In this document: in pieces, positions 1 through 10,062 of the stretch
How positions within the stretch are numbered: position 1 is the stretch's first letter
Layout of the letters: each line of letters begins with the position of its first letter
Origin: a bacterium
Lineage (GTDB): Bacteria > UBA10199 > 2-02-FULL-50-16 > JAJFLM01
DNA length: 64,000 nt
Reading direction: 5' to 3'
NCBI GenBank assembly: GCA_965216315.1
Contig: CBDCFN010000016.1
Location: forward strand, 1,024,001-1,088,000
Notes under the pieces: model-generated
The model's database searches: none
What the model was told of the DNA's origin: nothing
The model's input: the letters and a program-made list of their open reading frames with translations, nothing else
Made by a program: the position numbers and the translations under genes

Positions 1-609
1 GCGCGGGGCGAGAGTACCTTTATGGTGGAGATGGTGGAGATGGCGCACATTCTCCATAAGGCAACGGAGAAAAGTCTTTTGATCTTGGATGAAGTGGGAC
101 GCGGAACCTCGACGTTTGACGGCGTCAGTATTGCCTGGGCGATCTGTGAGCACCTTGCTAAGGAAAGCGGCCGCCCTCGTAGCTTGTTTGCAACTCACTA
201 TCATGAGCTGACCCAGCTGGAAGAACATTTCCCCGGAATCAAAAATTATCACATTACCGTCAAAGAGACCGCTAACAACATTGTTTTCTTGCGTAAGGTT
301 GTTCGCGGGGGGGCGGATCGCAGTTATGGAATACATGTGGCGCAACTTGCCGGGATACCTCGCCCTGTCACTCAACGGGCGCGTGAGATATTGCAAATAC
401 TCGAGAATGAAAATACCGAGGCAACACAAATTATCGAAGGCCAAAAGACTAAGGAAAAGCGGGAGGTCACAAATCAGGCAACCTTGTTTGATTGGGCTCC
501 CGTGGAGTCTCCGGTGGTGGAGGAATTGCGCAAGCTCGACATTAATTCACTGACACCGCTAGAAGCATTGAATCAATTGGCTAAGCTGAAAGAAGGTTTA
601 GATGGCTAA
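1..609 (+). CDS. mutS: DNA mismatch repair protein MutS, C-terminal part (5' end outside window)
   Basis: [31 protein letters not shown] and SYGIHVA motifs of the MutS ATPase domain; overlaps mutL start. Confidence 0.97.
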   Translation, partial: ARGESTFMVEMVEMAHILHKATEKSLLILDEVGRGTSTFDGVSIAWAICEHLAKESGRPRSLFATHYHELTQLEEHFPGIKNYHITVKETANNIVFLRKVVRGGADRSYGIHVAQLAGIPRPVTQRAREILQILENENTEATQIIEGQKTKEKREVTNQATLFDWAPVESPVVEELRKLDINSLTPLEALNQLAKLKEGLDG

Positions 610-2329
610 AATTCATGTCCTGCCGGAGATTATCGCCAATAAAATAGCGGCTGGCGAGGTGGTTGAACGCCCGGCGTCGATAGTTAAAGAACTTATCGAA
701 AATTCACTGGACGCCGGGGCAACTCAGATTGATGTGGTGATGCAGCATGCGGGGAAAAGTCTGATTCGCGTGGCGGATAATGGTGCGGGGATGAGCCGAG
801 AAGATGCTTCATTGGCGATTCAGCGCCACGCGACCAGTAAGGTGGAGGTTGCCGAGGACCTGGAACAAATTCAGTCATTCGGATTCAGAGGAGAAGCCCT
901 GCCGAGTATTGCAGCCGTTTCACGGATGCGACTTAGGACGCGGGAAAAGGGGAGCCCCTTCGGTGTCGAACTGCTCATTGAAGGGGGTGTTGTTCAGGGA
1001 GTCGAAGAGTGCTCCTGTCGCGAAGGGACCATTATTGAAATCCGCGACTTATTTTTTAATACACCGGCTCGCCGCAAGTTTCTTCGCAGTGAAGCGACGG
1101 AGCGCGGTCATATTGTCGATGTTGTTTCTAATTTTGCATTGGCGATGACCGCCGTTAAGTTTTCATTGACTTCAGGGGAACGTAAAATATGGGATTTTGC
1201 GCCGAATGAAACCCTGCTGAATCGAGCCGTTCAGAGTTTCGGGTTAAATCGTGCGGAAGATCTCTTAGCCTTTTCGGATGAGGAGAAGGGCGTGCGTGTT
1301 TCCGGGTTGATTGGCAAGGCGCAGGTTGCACGTGCCAATCGCTCAAGCCAAATTTTCTACGTGAATCGGAGGCAAGTTAAGGCCATCCCCTTAAGCTTTG
1401 CCTTGCAGGCGGGGTATCATGGTCTGCTGATGCATGGCCAGCATGCCGTAGCCGTCGTTTTTATTGAAGTCGATCCGGCACAAGTGGACGTTAACGTTCA
1501 TCCAACTAAGCAGGAAGTGCGCCTTTCCAATGAGCGCCTGGTAAAAAGTTTGCTCAAACGGGCGGTTGCTGCGCGACTTGGGCGGGAGGAAGATATGGCG
1601 CCTTTTCTTCAGCCGACGCAAGCGAGTCGGGGAGAGCAGCACGGTACTAAGCGGGACGAACGCTGGAATCTCACGGAAGTCCCGGTTTTTAATGCACCCC
1701 CGCAAGAGCGCGCCCTGAGCGAGCCGATATCATTGCGCAACAAACTCCATATCACCAAGCTGATGGGCCAGATTCATGGGACCTATATCCTGGCTGAGAC
1801 GGAAACGGGTTTTGTCTTGATTGACCAGCATGCCGCTCATGAGCGTGTTATGTTCGAGGAATTAATGCAAGGCCTTCAGTCAGGTCAGGCAAAAAAACAA
1901 GGGCTCTTGCTAAACGAAGTGCTGACTTTGCAGCCCAAGCAAGAGGCAGTGCTTCAAGAGTGTTTGCCTGTGATAGAAAAGTTGGGCTTTGAGTTGGACA
2001 AATTTGGAGAAAATGAATTTGTCATTCGTGCCGTGCCCGCGACGCTGAGTAACGCGGATCCGATTGCGAGTCTGCAACGTTTTTTGGATCAAAAAGAGGC
2101 CGGCAAGATGGTAACGGATTTAGAAAGTCATCCGGAAGAGATAGCGGCCCTTATCGCCTGTAAACGGCGCTCGGTGAAAGCCCATGACCGGATGACGCCG
2201 GAAGCGATGCAGTCATTGCTCGAGCAGCTGGCTGTCTGTGATTATCCATTCAGCTGTCCCCATGGCCGCCCGGCCTTTTTTAAAATGAATCTCGACGAGC
2301 TCGAAAAACAATTTAAACGAAAAGTCTAG
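602..2329 (+). CDS. mutL: DNA mismatch repair endonuclease MutL
   Basis: N-terminal [26 protein letters not shown] and GFRGEAL; C-terminal DQHAAHER and CPHGRP endonuclease motifs. Confidence 0.98.
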   Translation: MAKIHVLPEIIANKIAAGEVVERPASIVKELIENSLDAGATQIDVVMQHAGKSLIRVADNGAGMSREDASLAIQRHATSKVEVAEDLEQIQSFGFRGEALPSIAAVSRMRLRTREKGSPFGVELLIEGGVVQGVEECSCREGTIIEIRDLFFNTPARRKFLRSEATERGHIVDVVSNFALAMTAVKFSLTSGERKIWDFAPNETLLNRAVQSFGLNRAEDLLAFSDEEKGVRVSGLIGKAQVARANRSSQIFYVNRRQVKAIPLSFALQAGYHGLLMHGQHAVAVVFIEVDPAQVDVNVHPTKQEVRLSNERLVKSLLKRAVAARLGREEDMAPFLQPTQASRGEQHGTKRDERWNLTEVPVFNAPPQERALSEPISLRNKLHITKLMGQIHGTYILAETETGFVLIDQHAAHERVMFEELMQGLQSGQAKKQGLLLNEVLTLQPKQEAVLQECLPVIEKLGFELDKFGENEFVIRAVPATLSNADPIASLQRFLDQKEAGKMVTDLESHPEEIAALIACKRRSVKAHDRMTPEAMQSLLEQLAVCDYPFSCPHGRPAFFKMNLDELEKQFKRKV

Positions 2330-3963
2330 GGTGACGCGGGTGGCGTCTTCGGAAGTTCGGTCCGAGAAGGACGCGTCAGCGGGCCGGAGTCATCGAGAGG
2401 GTCTTTTTTAGGCGGTTCCGTTGCCGCTTTGGGCTTCGGTGTTGGTTTTGCTGCGGGTTTCGGAGCGGCGGGTGTTGTGCTTTCCGCTGGCTTATCCGTG
2501 GCGGCAGCCTCTGCCGGCTCCGGCTTTGCCGATAAATTTTTCAGTTCCAACGTATAGGCAATAGGCCGGCTTACATTTGTTCCTAATTCAATTTGCAGAT
2601 AATAGGTGCCATCGTCAGGGATCTTGAATTGCTTGGAGCGAAGCCCTTCACCAATGCCCGATGTCTGACTCATGATTTTCTGCTTGTAGCTATCAAAAAT
2701 GGCTATTCGAAAATACGAACCGCTATCCCCATTGGGAATAAGGCCGACAAAGTAGTCATCGCCTTTTTTGGCATCGAAAGAATAGACGTCCTTGAGGTCG
2801 GAACCACCGATGTAGTTTTTTGTGTAGCGTTTGGCTTCAATGGCCTTCGCTTGCGTCAGGCTCCCCCCCGCATCTTCCTCAGTGTTGAGGTCGCCACGAG
2901 ACGTCAACGTGAGTTTGAAAGTCACATGGTCCTTGTTCATATCGTCATAGGTGCTGCCAATCAGTAAATAATAACGACCTTCCTGAGGTGGCGTGTAAGA
3001 AAATGATTTTACATTATGGGCTGACCCGATCAGATTAACGGTTTTAAGATTGTTTCGATTGCCGCCGTGAAATTGAAAGCCGGCGTACGGATTACCGGTT
3101 TCGCGGGGTTTCTCTCCTCGCAAATTGATCCCTTTTTCAAGCGTTTGCATCGTAATTGTCAGCTCTTTGCCCGGCTTGAGGTCGACGTAAAAATAATCGA
3201 AATAGCTGATCTTCTGGTGGTGATCGAGTTTGTGTTCGACGTCAAATGCGATAGGAACAGCAGTTTCGTAACTATCGCCGCCGCGAATAGCCTCTCCATA
3301 AGTCTTTTTTTCCTTTTCGATGACGAGCGATTCTTTGGTCGCCTCTTTGAGGGCCTCGGTGAGGGCGGCGGCTCCCTGGGCATCATAATAATGGCCATTA
3401 CCGGCTGCGGCTATGGCCTCAAGTTGCTGACGCGTTTTGGCGTCGACATTGAATCCGACCGTATGGACGACAACCTCAAAGCCGGCCTCTTTAAGTTTTT
3501 TTAATACGGCAACCGGGTCACCACCACAGGTTTCTTCGCCGTCACTGAGGAGGATAATAACCTTATCGGCCTCACGTTCGGTTTTAAAATCATTCTTGGA
3601 CTGCTCTAGCGAGTAGGCAATAGGCGTATAGCCCTTGGGAGTCAGTGCATTAATCTTGGCTTCAATCGTTTCTTTATTTACGGGTCCGAGCGGAATGATC
3701 AGCTCCGTATCTTTACAGCTTTCAGCCTTATTTTGTTGCTCGACTCGATGTCCATATGTCCTTAACGCGATAAGGCTGTCAGCAGGGACGTCCTTAATGG
3801 CGTTCATGAGTGCTTTGCGCGCAATGTCAATTTGTGTCTCTGCACCGCTCTTTTTCCGCATTGATCCGGAGAGATCGAGGAGAAATTCGATATCGCTCTT
3901 GGCGTAGGCTGCATTAGAAATCAACAATGCAACGCTTAAAAAGATTATTTTAAAATGTCTCAT
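2326..3963 (-). CDS. Secreted VWA-domain protein with repeated beta-sandwich (PPC-like) domains and Pro/Ala/Lys-rich tail
   Basis: Signal peptide ending AYA; MIDAS DLSGSM, TPIAYSL, LSDGEETCGGDP. Confidence 0.85.
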   Translation of the reverse strand: MRHFKIIFLSVALLISNAAYAKSDIEFLLDLSGSMRKKSGAETQIDIARKALMNAIKDVPADSLIALRTYGHRVEQQNKAESCKDTELIIPLGPVNKETIEAKINALTPKGYTPIAYSLEQSKNDFKTEREADKVIILLSDGEETCGGDPVAVLKKLKEAGFEVVVHTVGFNVDAKTRQQLEAIAAAGNGHYYDAQGAAALTEALKEATKESLVIEKEKKTYGEAIRGGDSYETAVPIAFDVEHKLDHHQKISYFDYFYVDLKPGKELTITMQTLEKGINLRGEKPRETGNPYAGFQFHGGNRNNLKTVNLIGSAHNVKSFSYTPPQEGRYYLLIGSTYDDMNKDHVTFKLTLTSRGDLNTEEDAGGSLTQAKAIEAKRYTKNYIGGSDLKDVYSFDAKKGDDYFVGLIPNGDSGSYFRIAIFDSYKQKIMSQTSGIGEGLRSKQFKIPDDGTYYLQIELGTNVSRPIAYTLELKNLSAKPEPAEAAATDKPAESTTPAAPKPAAKPTPKPKAATEPPKKDPLDDSGPLTRPSRTELPKTPPASP

Positions 3964-4023
3964 ATTTCGCGAGGTTAGCAGTTGGATTTGTTAAAATCAA
4001 TAGGAAGTCAATTCGCTACCGGG

Positions 4024-4689
4024 TTATGAGGGCCAACGTGATTCCATTCGTTTGAGTATCGTGCTGATGCGACTTTCAATATAAGGTCCCGGCGGCCAGC
4101 GACCCAGGCGTTGCGGGCCAGGAATGATGGCGGCTAAAAATGCGGCTTCGCGTGAAGAAAGAGAATGTACCGATTTTCCAAAATAGTGTCTTGATGCCGC
4201 TTCTGCTCCATAGATGCCGCGCCCCCACTCAATCACGTTTAAATAAATCTCAAAAATCCGATCTTTGCTTAATTTCTGTTCCATCCAGAGAGCGATAACA
4301 ATTTCTTTTATTTTTCGCGTCAGGCTTTTTTGAGGTGAGAGATATAGGTTACGTGCGAGTTGCATAGTTATCGTCGAAAAACCGCGGGCAAAACCGCGCT
4401 CGTCGATATTTTTTTTGAGAGATTCTTTGAATTCAAAAAAATCGATTCCATAATGCTGATAAAAGCGCCCATCTTCGGAAACGATAACGGCCTGACGCAA
4501 GTTTCTTGGTATTTGGGAGAGTGGAACCCAGTTCTGCTGCACACGACGACTCTTGTCGCCCATGAATGCGGTATGTTTAGGATTGGTCGTTCTCAGCGCG
4601 GCAACATCAGGTAAGAAAGTACCAATTACGTGAGAGAGAAAGAAAAAGCAGGCAAGAAACAACGCACCGAATTTCAATACTTTTAACAC
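4024..4689 (-). CDS. mtgA: Monofunctional biosynthetic peptidoglycan transglycosylase
   Basis: GT51 motifs SEDGRFYQHYG, GFSTITMQLARNL, RKIKE, EIYLNVIEWG; N-terminal TM. Confidence 0.9.
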   Translation of the reverse strand: MLKVLKFGALFLACFFFLSHVIGTFLPDVAALRTTNPKHTAFMGDKSRRVQQNWVPLSQIPRNLRQAVIVSEDGRFYQHYGIDFFEFKESLKKNIDERGFARGFSTITMQLARNLYLSPQKSLTRKIKEIVIALWMEQKLSKDRIFEIYLNVIEWGRGIYGAEAASRHYFGKSVHSLSSREAAFLAAIIPGPQRLGRWPPGPYIESRISTILKRMESRWPS

Positions 4690-4703
4690 ATGACCTCACT
4701 AAT

Positions 4704-6287
4704 TTAGATTGTTTCATTGAAAAGCAATGCGCGGACAAATTTAAGTGGAATGGCACCACATTGCAAGAACGCATCGTGAAATTCGCGTAGGCTATGACCT
4801 GCCGCCTCATAGTCTCGTCTCATTCGGTCCACCTCCAACATGCCCGTGAGATAGCTGAGCGGAGTTGTCGGACTTTGGGTGTACCAATTGACATCAATTC
4901 GAGCCCCCTGAGGAGAGAGCTGGGCATGTTTAACCAGGAAGTCGGCGGCTTCTTGATCGCTCATATTATTGCAGTGCATGGAAACATCGACAACAATTCG
5001 AGCGGCACGCCAGAGTCGGTCCTTAAGCTGATAGAGTCGCATGGCATCGTTGTAGAAGCCCTGGCGATACATCATTTCCTCACAATAGAGGGTCCAGCCT
5101 TCATAGTAACTCGCTACATCATAAACTTTTCGAATCGCGTGATTTAAAGTTCTTTGCAACGAAAATTGTAAATGATGTCCCGGATAGGCTTCATGTAAGG
5201 CCGTTAGTGGAAAAGCGGCGTAGCAGTGTTCTTGGAGGATTTCTTGATTTCCTTTGGCTGGAGATACGTAAAAAGTGCCACGATCGTCCTCGGCAAACAT
5301 GGTTGGCATTGAATAGGCCGCATAAGGAATAGAACTCTGGAGAAATTCGGGGGTTTCGATGACCTGCAGGGACTCTCGGTCGGGAAGAGTCACAATATTG
5401 TTTTCGCTAAGAAAGTGCTTAATTTCATCAACTTTTTCCCGATAACTGTTGAGAAGATTTTCTTCAGTCGGATGTTCTTGTTTAAGAGTCTCTACGAGTT
5501 CGGGCCAACTCTTTGCACTGTCCATTTCCGCTGCATGTTTTTCTAACTGCTTTGTAATCAAATTAATTTGTTCGATGCCGCGCTCGCGAATCTCCATGGC
5601 TGTTTCTTCAAAGCAGTGATATCGGTTTAATAGATAATCAAAATGAGTCTTCCCGATCGAGAAATCCTGCTGGGTATTTTGTAGTTGCTTAAGGTGTGTT
5701 ACAAAATCATCAATGTGGTGACATGCCGACTCTACAAGGGTGGTGCTCCCTGCAACATTATGGGTTTCCAGATAGGGCCTTACCGTACTGGCAAGATAAT
5801 TGATTAATCCGGGGGCCTCCTCGATTGCGATATGAGTCCAAAGCCGGACCGGGCTTTTATGCCGTTGTGTGGCTTCATGGATAAAGTTCGGAATCGATTG
5901 CAAACGCGCCACCAACGCGGTTGTTTTTTGAGCAGCGGAGCGATGTTGGCCCATCATCAGTGACCAACAACTATCTGCCAGCTCATCGATTGTTCCGGCA
6001 GGGTTTCGTTTGTGATGCTGTTCAATTGCTAATGAGAAAATCTGACGCTCAATAAAGCGGGCTAGCAGCTCTTTGTTGATATTATCCTTGATGGACGGTG
6101 TTGCGACGTCTTTAGTCTTGTCGGCAATTTCTTGCCAATTTTTCAATTGGGTATCAATTCGATCCGGAAGGTAGCAGGCAAGATCTTCATCATGGCCGTT
6201 CCAGCCTAAATGTGAGGCCGTCACCGGATAAAAAGAAAAATACGATTCCAGGAAAGATTGAGTCAGTGATTCCAACGAATTTTCCAT
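4704..6287 (-). CDS. DUF885 family protein (zinc metallopeptidase-like)
   Basis: HEAYPGHHLQ, EGWTLYCE and WRAARIVVDVSMH motifs. Confidence 0.88.
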   Translation of the reverse strand: MENSLESLTQSFLESYFSFYPVTASHLGWNGHDEDLACYLPDRIDTQLKNWQEIADKTKDVATPSIKDNINKELLARFIERQIFSLAIEQHHKRNPAGTIDELADSCWSLMMGQHRSAAQKTTALVARLQSIPNFIHEATQRHKSPVRLWTHIAIEEAPGLINYLASTVRPYLETHNVAGSTTLVESACHHIDDFVTHLKQLQNTQQDFSIGKTHFDYLLNRYHCFEETAMEIRERGIEQINLITKQLEKHAAEMDSAKSWPELVETLKQEHPTEENLLNSYREKVDEIKHFLSENNIVTLPDRESLQVIETPEFLQSSIPYAAYSMPTMFAEDDRGTFYVSPAKGNQEILQEHCYAAFPLTALHEAYPGHHLQFSLQRTLNHAIRKVYDVASYYEGWTLYCEEMMYRQGFYNDAMRLYQLKDRLWRAARIVVDVSMHCNNMSDQEAADFLVKHAQLSPQGARIDVNWYTQSPTTPLSYLTGMLEVDRMRRDYEAAGHSLREFHDAFLQCGAIPLKFVRALLFNETI

Positions 6288-6340
6288 AACTATTTTTCCT
6301 TGCCTAATGGCCGCGAGTTCATTAATTGCGAGTGTCTCTC

Positions 6341-7372
6341 ATGACGATGCAATTGCGCAACATCCTTCTCGTGGTTACATTCATAGGTCTTTTCCTGGGG
6401 AGCAGTTTTTTGCCTTACTCGGCAGAAGGCTCACCGACGGGAGCGCGACTCTATCCCATCTCACTCAAGGGAAAATACGGCTATGTGAATAAAGAAGGTT
6501 TTTTTGTGGTTTCTCCTCAGTTTGAGCGTGCGCTGTCTTTCTCTGAGGGCTTAGCCGTGGTCGGTATTGGTGACGGTGATAGTCTGGAATTTGGATATGT
6601 AGGCCTAAATGGTCGGTTGGTTATCCAGCCACAATATAAAAAGGCGACGTCTTTTTCAGAAGGGCGTGCTGCCGTATGGGGTGAGGGGAAATGGGGTTTT
6701 ATCGATCAATCCGGTGCCTTGGTGATCAAAAAGCAATATGAGGAAGTTCAGCCTTTCAGTGGCGGTCTGGCTCGAGTCCGTTCAGCCGGTAAATATGGCT
6801 ATGTTAATAAGGGAGGAAAAGTTGTCATCCCCATCAAGTATATTCGTGCCGGTAATTTTTCTGATGGTTTGGCCCCCGTGATGGATGCGGGAAAAATGGG
6901 TTATATCGATAAGACGGGTAAGATGGTCGTAAAGGCAAAATATGTCGAGGCGGGCCCCTTCAGTGATGGATTAGCCCCCGTAAAGAAAAAGGCGGGTGGC
7001 CCCATTGGCTACATTAATAAGCAAGGTAAGTTGGTCATTAAGATGAAGTATGACCGGGCGGGGGCCTTTGCGGAAGGAAAGGCTCCTGTATCGATTAAAG
7101 GGAAATTTGGTTACATCGATACTCAAGGCAAGCTAGTCATTAAACCCCAATTTGAAGCCGTCCGTGGTTTCCGGGAGCGCTTAGCCCCAATTAAACAAGG
7201 TGCGAAATGGGGCTATATTGACGGCAGCGGAAAGGTCGTCATTCCCGCCCAATATGATGCCGTGTCTCCCTTCCAGGACTCGATTGCGAAAGTGCGTGTT
7301 GGCGGCCGCGAGGCCTATATCAAACCTTCGGGACAATACATGTATCGACCCGAAGGCGCGGTCCACCTATAA
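6341..7372 (+). CDS. WG-repeat (KWG) secreted protein
   Basis: Signal peptide followed by about 7 repeats of FSEGLA-V---GKWGYIDKxG; start codon uncertain (6326/6341/6347). Confidence 0.9.
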   Translation: MTMQLRNILLVVTFIGLFLGSSFLPYSAEGSPTGARLYPISLKGKYGYVNKEGFFVVSPQFERALSFSEGLAVVGIGDGDSLEFGYVGLNGRLVIQPQYKKATSFSEGRAAVWGEGKWGFIDQSGALVIKKQYEEVQPFSGGLARVRSAGKYGYVNKGGKVVIPIKYIRAGNFSDGLAPVMDAGKMGYIDKTGKMVVKAKYVEAGPFSDGLAPVKKKAGGPIGYINKQGKLVIKMKYDRAGAFAEGKAPVSIKGKFGYIDTQGKLVIKPQFEAVRGFRERLAPIKQGAKWGYIDGSGKVVIPAQYDAVSPFQDSIAKVRVGGREAYIKPSGQYMYRPEGAVHL

Positions 7373-7394
7373 AATTTCAGCAATTTTTGTCGAT

Positions 7395-8264
7395 TTAATC
7401 TATTGTCGGCTCGACTTTTTCCAGCCGGGCGATACGAATGCAGCCGTAGATGACGATGCCAGTTCCGATCACTGAGAGTACCGTGGGTATTTCATTCCAA
7501 AAGATGATGCCGATAATAAAGGAAAAAACGACGCTGATGTACGACAAAGGCGCGAGGCGCGAGGCATCGTCAAGGCCGTAGGCCTGGCTGATAAAGACTT
7601 GCGCGAGTGTTCCGGTTATTCCGGCGGCAATCAAGAAACTCCATTCATTCAGCATTGGCGCGACAGAGTCGTATAAGACAAATGGAAAAGTAATGAGTGA
7701 TGATAGCGCCAATAGATAGAAGGTAATGCGCAAAGGATTTTCACTGCGGCGTAGAACCCGCATACTGATAACGTCGATTGATGAAAAGACGGCGGCGAGC
7801 AGCGCGATAAAACCGGCAAAATTCATTACCTGTACTTGCGGTTGGAGAATAATCAGTATGCCGATCCACGCGAGGATAATCAGCATAATGAGTTGACGTG
7901 TCGGTCGCTCTTTAAGGAAGAGGATGGAAAGAATGGCGACAAAAAGGGGGAAGGTCATGATGAGCATGACGGCATCGCTCAAACTGAGATGGCTCAGTCC
8001 ATAGAAGTTACAGCAGATCGCAAGAAATCCGGAAATGGAGCGAAGCGTAATCATCGGATAGTTCGTGCTGCGAAATGAAAGTCCTTTGAGCGGGAGCACG
8101 AACGCCAAAATCAGTACGGATACCAACGATCGTATGAAGACGATTTCGAGGAGGGGAATGCGTGGGGCGGCGGCCTTGACGCAGGCGTCCATAATGGTGA
8201 AGCACAGGGCGCCGAGGATGATCAGGAAGCGTCCATGCTGCCAGGCTCCGGTGATTGCTTTCAT
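7395..8264 (-). CDS. DMT/EamA family transporter
   Basis: About 10 hydrophobic helices in two EamA-like halves; LAPLSY and FWNEIPT motifs. Confidence 0.88.
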   Translation of the reverse strand: MKAITGAWQHGRFLIILGALCFTIMDACVKAAAPRIPLLEIVFIRSLVSVLILAFVLPLKGLSFRSTNYPMITLRSISGFLAICCNFYGLSHLSLSDAVMLIMTFPLFVAILSILFLKERPTRQLIMLIILAWIGILIILQPQVQVMNFAGFIALLAAVFSSIDVISMRVLRRSENPLRITFYLLALSSLITFPFVLYDSVAPMLNEWSFLIAAGITGTLAQVFISQAYGLDDASRLAPLSYISVVFSFIIGIIFWNEIPTVLSVIGTGIVIYGCIRIARLEKVEPTID

Positions 8265-8401
8265 CGCATTATCGGATAGTAGAAATCCCCAATAATTTCA
8301 ATCATTTAAATTTAAACATTTAAATAAATATTGAATTATCTTGACGCGAGCTTATTAAATGATTAAATAATTATTGAAACATTGAACTAAGGAGGGGGGC
8401 A

Positions 8402-8692
8402 ATGTCGGGTGAAATTGGCAAGATATTTAAGGCGATCGCGGATGGGACGCGGCGTCAGATTTTGGAGGTCCTCAGGCAGGGTGAACTCTCTGCCGGGGCC
8501 ATTGCAAAACGCTTTGAGATGACGAAACCGGCTATTTCTCATCATCTCTCCGCGCTCAAGGAAGCGGGATTGGTGATTGATAAGCGAAAGGGTCAAAAGA
8601 TCATCTATTCGATCAAGCAGGATTCAATAGTCGCGGTTTGGGATGATTTTCTCGCGAAATTCTGCCCCGACCGCAAGGCCAAAAGGAGGTGA
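8402..8692 (+). CDS. ArsR/SmtB family (SdpR-like) transcriptional repressor
   Basis: FKAIADGTRRQIL...AGAIAKRFEMTKPAISHHLSALKEAGLV; AGGAGG RBS. Confidence 0.9.
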   Translation: MSGEIGKIFKAIADGTRRQILEVLRQGELSAGAIAKRFEMTKPAISHHLSALKEAGLVIDKRKGQKIIYSIKQDSIVAVWDDFLAKFCPDRKAKRR

Positions 8693-8694
8693 CT

Positions 8695-8796
8695 ATGATA
8701 CTCGTAGGTAAGACCCTGATGCTCCTGTGGCTCGGGTTCATCCTGTTTGGGGTCATCGGCGGCCTCGTCGATGAGAATCTCAAACGGGCCCACTAG
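8695..8796 (+). CDS. Putative 33-aa single-TM peptide (below the ORF-track size cut-off)
   Basis: AGGAGGTGACT-ATG directly after the ArsR stop; MILVGKTLMLLWLGFILFGVIGGLVDENLKRAH*. Confidence 0.55.
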   Translation: MILVGKTLMLLWLGFILFGVIGGLVDENLKRAH

Positions 8797-8939
8797 CCCA
8801 GGGAGCTTTCTATAATTATATATAACTTAACCTAATTATATATAATTATATCCCGCTATTTTCGATTTTTCGACAAGAAGTCTCCGCCCGTTCAACAACA
8901 ATCCCTAAAATTCGCCGATAACAAAGATGAGGTAAGACT

Positions 8940-9239
8940 ATGAAACGTATCATCTTTCTATGGGGATTCTTGGGGTTCTTCGGAGGCTTCGGCACCCTCT
9001 ATGCGGGCGCAAGTTCCTTGGCGGTGGAGAGCCAACAGCACGCGCGGCAACTCGTCTTAGTCGACCCGAGCGGATGGCACCTTGGCGCTATGGCAGCCAC
9101 GATCTTTCGTGAGGACCCCGAGGACAATAATGATCCCATCGTTTTAGCTCGGGATCCCAAGGCGACGGGTTGGCAACCGGCCGTGTGGTGTGCCCCGGGC
9201 AAGGCCGCTATTGGGATGAAGGCGGTGATTTCATTTTGA
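8940..9239 (+). CDS. Hypothetical exported protein
   Basis: GAGG RBS; signal-peptide-like N-terminus. Confidence 0.5.
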   Translation: MKRIIFLWGFLGFFGGFGTLYAGASSLAVESQQHARQLVLVDPSGWHLGAMAATIFREDPEDNNDPIVLARDPKATGWQPAVWCAPGKAAIGMKAVISF

Positions 9240-9276
9240 CAATCATGTCGCAAGATAGGTAGCTCATTGCCTAGGC

Positions 9277-9558
9277 ATGAATCTATCCGAACTCCGCGAT
9301 CTGCTCAGTCTCGTTGGCACCGTGTTTGTCATGGTGCTCGTCCTGGTTATTCCCATTTATTTAATAGCGATTCGGAAACCTAAAAAAGCGGTGCTCCGGG
9401 TGCTCTGGGCTCTGTTTTGGCGCGGGCCGGTTCTGGTGTTATTGGGAGCCACGCTTTATCCTGAAATGAGTGTTCTTTCGGCCGTACTGGTTTTGGTCAT
9501 TATTGTCGGCCCGCTGGAGTTAAGGGCGCGGTTTGTTCCGGAAAGTTTTTTAGAGTAG
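9277..9558 (+). CDS. Hypothetical small membrane protein
   Basis: Three hydrophobic segments. Confidence 0.55.
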   Translation: MNLSELRDLLSLVGTVFVMVLVLVIPIYLIAIRKPKKAVLRVLWALFWRGPVLVLLGATLYPEMSVLSAVLVLVIIVGPLELRARFVPESFLE

Positions 9559-9608
9559 GACCTTTTGTCATCTTCCGCATCAAAGCCTATGCAAACAAAA
9601 AGGAGTCC

Positions 9609-9998
9609 ATGATGAGATATTTGGCGATAGCACTCTGTTTAGGGTTTATGGCTTGCTCGAGTGTAGCTAAAGAAGAATTGCCAACAATTTCAACGGGTGA
9701 TCTTGCCGCGGGAATAGCTGCTAAATCGCTCATGGTCATCGACAATAATACTCCGGAAATTTTTGCTAAAAATCACATTCCGACGGCCGTGCATATGGAT
9801 CCCCGCAATCCGGATCTAAAATTATTTCCGACGGATAAGGATGCCAAGCTGGTTTTTTATTGCAAAAATACATGGTGCATGGCGTCACATGCCGGTGCGC
9901 GTCATGCGCTCAAAGCGGGCTACAAGAACGCGCACGTCTATCCCGACGGAATCGACGGCTGGATCAAAGCCGGACAACGCGTTGAATCAAACCCATAA
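9609..9998 (+). CDS. Rhodanese-domain lipoprotein
   Basis: Lipobox FMAC; HIPTA, VFYCKNTWC and YPDGIDGW rhodanese motifs. Confidence 0.85.
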   Translation: MMRYLAIALCLGFMACSSVAKEELPTISTGDLAAGIAAKSLMVIDNNTPEIFAKNHIPTAVHMDPRNPDLKLFPTDKDAKLVFYCKNTWCMASHAGARHALKAGYKNAHVYPDGIDGWIKAGQRVESNP

Positions 9999-10062
9999 GT
10001 CTATTCGCATGCTTCAGCCTTCCATTGAGGCGAGTCGCTATAATACTCTATAATAAGGGGGT

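Noticed and set aside
2593..3907. Antisense or alternate-frame ORFs overlapping long genes here and throughout the window
   Set aside because: Shadow ORFs of well-supported genes
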